NCBI GenBank assembly: GCA_016840035.1
Contig: JAEOTC010000219.1
Span: 1-13,221, forward strand
Direction: 5' to 3'
Source: Candidatus Hodarchaeota archaeon
Lineage (GTDB): Archaea; Asgardarchaeota; Heimdallarchaeia; Hodarchaeales; Hodarchaeaceae
Length of the DNA stretch: 13,221 bases
Each line of letters starts with the position of its first letter. The stretch's first letter is position 1. A model generated the notes under the pieces. The model saw nothing but the letters and a program-made list of their open reading frames with translations, had not been told where the DNA came from and did no database searches. Below, piece by piece: positions 7,846-13,221 of this stretch. The position numbers were made by a program, and so were the translations under genes.

Positions 7846-7978
7846 TCCATGTCCATATACAGATCTGGTTCAGCTAGGATAATCAAATGATATAGCTAAT
7901 TACTGGTTTCGAGAATACAAATATACTTAAGAGGTTCATAGTTAAATTCAGATTAATTCTGTATAGGAGAAAATTTTT

Positions 7979-8686
7979 ATGGCACAGGTTACAGAACAGA
8001 AAAAAACTAAAGCTAAAAAAGAAAAAAAGTATTTAATTATTCGATCTTATCCTGAAACGCTCTTTTTCTACCCATCAATGATTGTAGGAATTATAATCTT
8101 CTTCATTCAATTTCTCGCAGAAAGCAGTGACGGCCTCACTCCAGAAGTTCAAGCGCAATGGGGAACATTTTTCTTTGCAGTGTTTGCTTTTAACTTCCTA
8201 GTTGTTGCTTTTGACTTCGGACTTGGAAAAACAGCACTTATTGCAGCAGGATTTATTATTTTAATCCTTGTAGTGGTCTTACTGCAGCAACAAATAGGCG
8301 ATGCCTTTCAAATTACATTGACACCTCCAAACATCACAATGTCAACGGACTTCTACTTGTTTTTTGACCTACTTATGATAGCACACTTTGTCTTGATGTA
8401 TATTTACTCGAGAATTGATTACTGGTTAATTTCTCCCACTGAGATTTACCATCACCGTGGGATCTTGGGAGACGAAAAACGCTTTGGGAATGCCCAACAT
8501 GCTCACATCGAGAAAACAACACCGGACATTTTTGAAAAAATGTTATTCCTAAGTGGGGATATTTTCATTAAACCCGAGACAGATCCACATATTTACCGGA
8601 TATCCAATGTTTTTCGTGTTAACAAGAAGGAAAAAGCGATTCGTGGTATATTATCTTACGTTCCCTCTGAACGTCTAGACGTCTAG
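7979..8686 (+). CDS. 4-TM membrane protein with C-terminal bacterial-PH-like domain
   Basis: AGGAG at 7965-7969. Lys-rich N-terminus and four hydrophobic segments. Soluble tail DYWLISPTEIYHHRGILG...DIFEKMLFLSGDIFI...ISNV fits the Y..T...I....G.L...I..R.L..G.I pattern of bPH domains. Confidence 0.7.
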   Translation: MAQVTEQKKTKAKKEKKYLIIRSYPETLFFYPSMIVGIIIFFIQFLAESSDGLTPEVQAQWGTFFFAVFAFNFLVVAFDFGLGKTALIAAGFIILILVVVLLQQQIGDAFQITLTPPNITMSTDFYLFFDLLMIAHFVLMYIYSRIDYWLISPTEIYHHRGILGDEKRFGNAQHAHIEKTTPDIFEKMLFLSGDIFIKPETDPHIYRISNVFRVNKKEKAIRGILSYVPSERLDV

Positions 8687-8722
8687 AGAGAGAAAAGACC
8701 TCCATTTCCCCTCTTTTTTTTT
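8685..8722 (+). terminator. Terminator between convergent genes
   Basis: Imperfect AGAG..GAAA / TTTC..CTCT stem followed by T9 (8714-8722). Confidence 0.6.
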
Positions 8723-8727
8723 ATCAT

Positions 8728-9942
8728 TCAAGTGCTAGTTTTCTTGATGACGCTACTGTCGGCAATAACTTGATCAGCATCAATTACTACATAAGGTTTT
8801 AAAACCGAGTTGGACCCAATAACAGAATTAGGCCCGATTATAGCACCTAGTTTGTGATATTTTCGTCCTTTGATTTCTTGGGAAGATTTTTGAAGCTCCT
8901 CATCCCTTAAAACGTTCATTGTAGTAACGCCAGATCCGATAAGGACATTTTCACCGATAACACTATCACCGACAAATGATAACCGGCCAATCTTTACATT
9001 AGGTTGAATTACAGAATTCTTTACTTCTACTGAATATCCTATTTTGGAATTCATTCCGATACAGGAATAATTGCGGATTAAACTATTTGTCCCAATATAG
9101 GCATTTTTCCCAATAAAACAAGGGCCGACAATTTTTGCATTGTGATCAATGGTGACTCCCTTCTCAATAAGAACTAAACCTGAAATATGGGCAGAAGTGG
9201 AAATTTTAGCTGATTTATGGATTCGGGCATACTCTAATCCTTTAAATATATCTTGATTAGCTGCTAATAGATCCCACCCATAACCCACATCGATCCATTC
9301 ATCCTGCCACACAGAAGCACAAACGCGTCTTTGTTCTTTCAATAAACGTGCAAGTGCTTTGGTCAATTTTTCTTCTTCGCCTAGGATTTCAAAAAATTCC
9401 CCAGGAAGAATTGATGCACCGGCAAAAATATAATTAGTATCATTATCTTTAGCAGAAGGGCCAGGAGAGATTTTTTTTATAAATCCTCGTTCATCAATAT
9501 TAGCTATACCAAATTCTTGGGATTTACCGACAAGTGTAACCGAAATAGCTCCATCTGCAGCAGTATTGATAAAGGAGTTCAACAGGTGATGATAAAACAT
9601 AGGAGGAGCAACAATATCTCCATAAGCAACAAGAAAGGGTTTATCTTTACTAAAATGCGTCTGTGCTGACAGAATCGCACCTTCAATTCCTTTCCTCTCC
9701 CCTTGATTCACAATTTGAATATTGAGTCCTCGAGACCGATAATCAGCGAATATTTCTTCGAGTTTCTCCCCCTGATGACCAGTAACAATAACAAATTCAT
9801 CTACTCCTGTTTCAAGTAAACCCTCGAGAACATACTCGATTACATATTTTCCATGGATACGCAGCATGGTTTTCGGACAATACTTAGAAAGAGGAAGCAT
9901 TTCCTTCCCAACCCCGCCAGTGAGTACTAGTGCTTTCATCAT
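8728..9942 (-). CDS. Archaeal GlmU-like protein (sugar-phosphate nucleotidyltransferase domain plus left-handed beta-helix) with degenerate catalytic motifs
   Basis: MKALVLTGGVG...P.....PK, YGD, FGI, AG, WIDVGYGWDLL; hexapeptide repeats (IVGPCFIGKNAYIG, SVEVKNSVI, VGDSVIGENVLIGSG, KLGAIIG). Confidence 0.88.
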   Translation of the reverse strand: MMKALVLTGGVGKEMLPLSKYCPKTMLRIHGKYVIEYVLEGLLETGVDEFVIVTGHQGEKLEEIFADYRSRGLNIQIVNQGERKGIEGAILSAQTHFSKDKPFLVAYGDIVAPPMFYHHLLNSFINTAADGAISVTLVGKSQEFGIANIDERGFIKKISPGPSAKDNDTNYIFAGASILPGEFFEILGEEEKLTKALARLLKEQRRVCASVWQDEWIDVGYGWDLLAANQDIFKGLEYARIHKSAKISTSAHISGLVLIEKGVTIDHNAKIVGPCFIGKNAYIGTNSLIRNYSCIGMNSKIGYSVEVKNSVIQPNVKIGRLSFVGDSVIGENVLIGSGVTTMNVLRDEELQKSSQEIKGRKYHKLGAIIGPNSVIGSNSVLKPYVVIDADQVIADSSVIKKTST

Positions 9943-10125
9943 TTACTTTCACTGTGATTAATTGACTTGATTCAGAATTAAGATGTATTAAGAGAGAATA
10001 TTCCTTCTACATCTAGATTTCCCATAGTTAAATTAATGTAGGTCAAAATGATAATTAAGATTGTTCTTTTTAAACTCTTCTCCATCTTTCTCTTTGACTA
10101 AAATAATGCGATGTGGAAGCAATAA

Positions 10126-11781
10126 ATGAGTAGCCATCCAAAACCAGCCATGCTACACTGGGTAGACAAGCTAACAGACGATTTAATCACTCACTGGCCT
10201 GATAACAAAGAATTTCATTGCAATTGTGGGATTTCAGTCTCGGGCAGACAGCATGTCGGTCGATTACGCGGAGAAATTGTATTAACCAATGCAGTAGTCG
10301 AAGAACTGAAACGAAAAGGTTTCTCTGCAACACATTACTTAATTTTATACACCTCAGATCCGTGGAAAGGGAAAGATGCACAGTTAAATGCATTCAAAGA
10401 CACCAAAGAGGCAAAAAAGTACATTAACTGGCGTTTAGTTGATGTTCCTGATCCCACGGGAAAACATGCCTCATGGATTGACTATTATTGGAAAGCATTT
10501 GGAAAACCTCTACCTAAATTTGGAAAAAATGTTCAAATCATTCGTACTCATGAATTCTATCAAACAGAAGAGATGAAAACTACCATTATTGCTTTAATCC
10601 AACAGAAGGATAAAGTACGCACTATACTTAACAAATATCGCGCAGAAAATCCGTTTCCTGAAGATTGGATTCCTTTCAACCCATTATGTAACAAATGTCA
10701 CCGAATTGGGACAACTACTGCACTAGAAGTTGATCTTGAGAAATATAAAATCCGCTATTCATGCTCGGAATGTGAGGATGAAGATTGGTCAGATATGAGA
10801 TTAGGGAAGCTAACCTGGAGACTTGAGTGGTTAGCCATCTGGTATACATTGAATATTCACTTCGAACCTTACGGAAAGGATCATGCTACTCCAGGTGGAT
10901 CACGAGATAGTTGTATTGAAGTTTTAGAAACGGTATTAGACCATCCGGGTCCTTATGGGTTTTGGAATGAATGGGTTGGGTATTCAGAAGGACGAACCGA
11001 TCATGGGGATATGACAAGTTCAGGATTCATCGGATTTACACCAACCACATGGTTAAAATATGCTGAGCCACAAATTTTACGCTACCTGTATTTGAAACCC
11101 CCTCCTAGACGGAGAATCGTATTAGGATTAGACAAATTACCGTCGTATATATCTGAATATGACAAAGCGGAACGGATCTATCATAATATTGAATCGTTTG
11201 ACGATCCATCGGAACTCCACACCATTCGGAGAAGCTACGAAATTGCCCACTTCAATAAAGTTCCGAAATATATTGGATTCCAATTAGATATCAATCATGC
11301 CATTATTCTAGGACAACTAGTTGAAGAAGGGAAAATAGGTACACGGAAAGCGATTGATAAACTTCTCGCCACAGGTATCTTATCGAAAAAGCCTACAGCT
11401 GCGGTGAAAACACATATCCAATCACGTCTTACATTAGCTCGAAATTGGATAAAGGACTGTGCGCCACCACACTTACATATTGATATTCCAGACGAAATTC
11501 CCGCAGGTATCATAGACGATATCGATCCTGATATGCAAATGATAGTGATAGCCTTAGCAGAAACTCTAAAGACAATTTCTTGGAAACAAGAAGAAATCAA
11601 AACAGCCATGATGGATCTAAAAACTGAATTCAAACTTTCTCGTAAGAAAATGACTGCATTCTTTGGTGTATTATATCAAATCTTCTTGGGAACTTCTCGG
11701 GGACCAAGATTTGCACCTTTCATTGCTGCATTAGAACAAGATTGGGTTATTGAGCGTTTATATCAAGTGAAGAACAAGTAA
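10126..11781 (+). CDS. lysS: Class I lysyl-tRNA synthetase
   Basis: HWVD; GISVSGRQHVGR (HIGH equivalent); VPDP; CNKC/CSEC Zn knuckles; GKLTWRLEW; FEPYGKDH..PGGS; DMTSSG (KMSKS equivalent); LRYLY; LY.IFLG..RGPR anticodon-binding domain. Confidence 0.97.
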   Translation: MSSHPKPAMLHWVDKLTDDLITHWPDNKEFHCNCGISVSGRQHVGRLRGEIVLTNAVVEELKRKGFSATHYLILYTSDPWKGKDAQLNAFKDTKEAKKYINWRLVDVPDPTGKHASWIDYYWKAFGKPLPKFGKNVQIIRTHEFYQTEEMKTTIIALIQQKDKVRTILNKYRAENPFPEDWIPFNPLCNKCHRIGTTTALEVDLEKYKIRYSCSECEDEDWSDMRLGKLTWRLEWLAIWYTLNIHFEPYGKDHATPGGSRDSCIEVLETVLDHPGPYGFWNEWVGYSEGRTDHGDMTSSGFIGFTPTTWLKYAEPQILRYLYLKPPPRRRIVLGLDKLPSYISEYDKAERIYHNIESFDDPSELHTIRRSYEIAHFNKVPKYIGFQLDINHAIILGQLVEEGKIGTRKAIDKLLATGILSKKPTAAVKTHIQSRLTLARNWIKDCAPPHLHIDIPDEIPAGIIDDIDPDMQMIVIALAETLKTISWKQEEIKTAMMDLKTEFKLSRKKMTAFFGVLYQIFLGTSRGPRFAPFIAALEQDWVIERLYQVKNK

Positions 11782-11795
11782 ATCGAGGACTGAAT

Positions 11796-12335
11796 TTGCC
11801 AGAAGAGAATCAGGTTGATAGTAAAGAACAAAAAATTACTTATCAACCATTAAACATACTAAATATTATCATTGCCTTGCTAATCCCCGTAACTGTTGGG
11901 TATTTGAGTGTAGTTTTAATTACAAATGTCTTTACATTTATTTCTAGAGAGATTTGGTCACTACAAGTTGTATGGCCTGATGTACTATTTCTAGGTGGCT
12001 TTCTTGGAGGTTTATTCGGAGGAATTATAGCCATTACAGAAGTAGTGTTACTTCATTTTAAAGATTATAGAGTAGCTCCTGGAGAAGCAATACCTTCAGA
12101 TTTATATTATATTGGAGTCCTCATAGTATTCACTTATGTGTTAGAGTTCCTTTCTGAAAATCAAGTTATGCAAATTATACTCTTTTTCTTGGAAGTGAGC
12201 TTTTTCTTCGTTTTAGGACGGAATATGAGTAAATTATCCCTAGAAACCCGCGTAAGTGTGAAACCTAAACCTACTATAAATAATGAAAGTAAAATAACTC
12301 CAGAATCTCAAATAGACCAAACAGAAACAGAATAA
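11796..12335 (+). CDS. Hypothetical membrane protein (about 4 TM), probably co-transcribed with lysS
   Basis: TTG start after GAGGA, 14 bp downstream of the lysS stop. Four hydrophobic segments, one with GxxxG repeats (LGGFLGGLFGG). Confidence 0.75.
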   Translation: MPEENQVDSKEQKITYQPLNILNIIIALLIPVTVGYLSVVLITNVFTFISREIWSLQVVWPDVLFLGGFLGGLFGGIIAITEVVLLHFKDYRVAPGEAIPSDLYYIGVLIVFTYVLEFLSENQVMQIILFFLEVSFFFVLGRNMSKLSLETRVSVKPKPTINNESKITPESQIDQTETE

Positions 12336-12387
12336 GGAAATTTTACTAAACATATGTTACAAACAGAAAGGTGAAATGATCGAAAGG

Positions 12388-12395
12388 TTTTTTTT
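12388..12395 (+). terminator. Oligo-T terminator candidate
   Basis: T8 run about 50 nt after the stop at 12335. Confidence 0.35.
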
Positions 12396-12496
12396 CTAGA
12401 AGTACCTATGAGATCAGATTGAAATAATGTAATTCGAAGAGGAAAGTTCTTTGATTTTCCTTTAAATCCAGTAGTTGAAAAATGGTTTGAACTTTT

Positions 12497-12901
12497 ATGC
12501 AATTTAGAACTTTTGGTTGGATCGCACGGCAAAATCCACACATTCGCGTGACAGAAACTGAAATCATTGATGATAAACGGTTTATGTTCAGCGGATTACA
12601 AGGAAAGTCAGTAGAAACACCCGTTAATGAACGAAAAGAGTGGTTTAAGAAGGGTGAGCTGTGGCCAACGTTAATTTTAGTAGAAAAAGCATGGGATGAG
12701 GAAACAGGAGCTAGAACAGAGCATTCGTTTGTTCGAATTTTCCGCCATGAGGATGGAGCTATCCTAGATATCCTCGTAACATTAAGTCTTGACACAGCCA
12801 CACTTATTGCACACGAATTTAGTGTCCCCTTATTTAGTGTCACCTGTTCACGAAAAGGAACCCGGGGAACAGCACAACGTATTCATATGGATATTCTATA
12901 A
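12497..12901 (+). CDS. Hypothetical protein (134 aa)
   Basis: Protein-like composition; fills the gap between neighbours and converges on the 12941 gene. No motif recognised. Confidence 0.65.
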   Translation: MQFRTFGWIARQNPHIRVTETEIIDDKRFMFSGLQGKSVETPVNERKEWFKKGELWPTLILVEKAWDEETGARTEHSFVRIFRHEDGAILDILVTLSLDTATLIAHEFSVPLFSVTCSRKGTRGTAQRIHMDIL

Positions 12902-12940
12902 GAACTACGATATCCAACGAATACCTTTAAACATCATTGT

Positions 12941-13186
12941 TTATTCTTCACGTAGGAGTGTAGTAAACTTCGAAATCGTATTAATTACACGCACGAATCC
13001 CACAGCATCGATATAGAGGATTCGAATGTGGGAAGGATCATCATTGATACCATGCGTATCAATGAAAATATCTAGCCCCGTTACATCGGGTTGAAGTTTC
13101 TCTGTAGGTACAGATAGTGCCAAAGTCTTTTGACACACTGTACAGGGTTCAGTTCGTAAGCGTAGAGTTTCTGACATTGTTTTCAT
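12941..13186 (-). CDS. Small putative Zn-binding protein (CxxC...H...H, YID..xVR)
   Basis: CTVC ... DTHG ... PSHIRILYIDAVGFVR. Purine-rich GAGAAGGA upstream; alternative start at Met4 (13177). Confidence 0.8.
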   Translation of the reverse strand: MKTMSETLRLRTEPCTVCQKTLALSVPTEKLQPDVTGLDIFIDTHGINDDPSHIRILYIDAVGFVRVINTISKFTTLLREE

Positions 13187-13221
13187 TCCTTCTCATTATC
13201 ATCTAAAAAATCTGCTTCAAA
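13183..13221 (-). CDS. Probable 3' end of an upstream gene (...FEADFLDDNEKE*)
   Basis: Open from the right edge; TGA at 13185-13183 overlaps the ATG at 13186 (ATGA). Only 12 codons visible. Confidence 0.4.
   Translation of the reverse strand, partial: FEADFLDDNEKE

Noticed and set aside
12408-12551. Short ORF needing TGA readthrough at 12420 (possible selenoprotein)
   Set aside because: No redox motif or SECIS, and it would overlap the 12497 gene by 55 nt.
10187-13016. Track ORFs 10187-10393, 10218-10427, 11295-11633, 11843-12034, 12308-12541, 12406-12843 and 12789-13016
   Set aside because: Overlapping or antisense to lysS and its neighbours, with no motifs.

Overview
AT-rich archaeal chromosomal window. 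By inference it is Asgard (Heimdallarchaeia/Hodarchaeales-like), from the PGF-type C-terminal sorting signal, class I LysRS, Orc1/Cdc6 and a small CxxC/H/H-'YID..VR' protein. Gene order: (-) a PD-(D/E)xK nuclease-XPD/DinG helicase fusion that is missing from the ORF track and runs off the left edge; a 364-bp spacer packed with nested and competing inverted repeats; (+) an 827-aa acidic secreted glycoprotein with a PGF-CTERM-like anchor; (+) a GT-C (GT87/DUF2029-like) membrane glycosyltransferase; (-) Orc1/Cdc6 resembling the Orc1-2 clade; a 549-bp AT-rich spacer with inverted repeats and a small ORF coupled to the cdc6 start; (+) a 4-TM protein with a PH-like tail; (-) a GlmU-like nucleotidyltransferase/left-handed beta-helix protein with both active-site motifs degenerate; (+) lysS; (+) two hypotheticals; (-) a small Zn-binding protein. 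No tRNA, rRNA, CRISPR array or transposase was seen. The best leads are the apparently double-inactive GlmU-like protein, the structured leader ahead of the nuclease-helicase, and the surface protein/GT-C pair. All calls come from reading motifs by eye, with no database searches.
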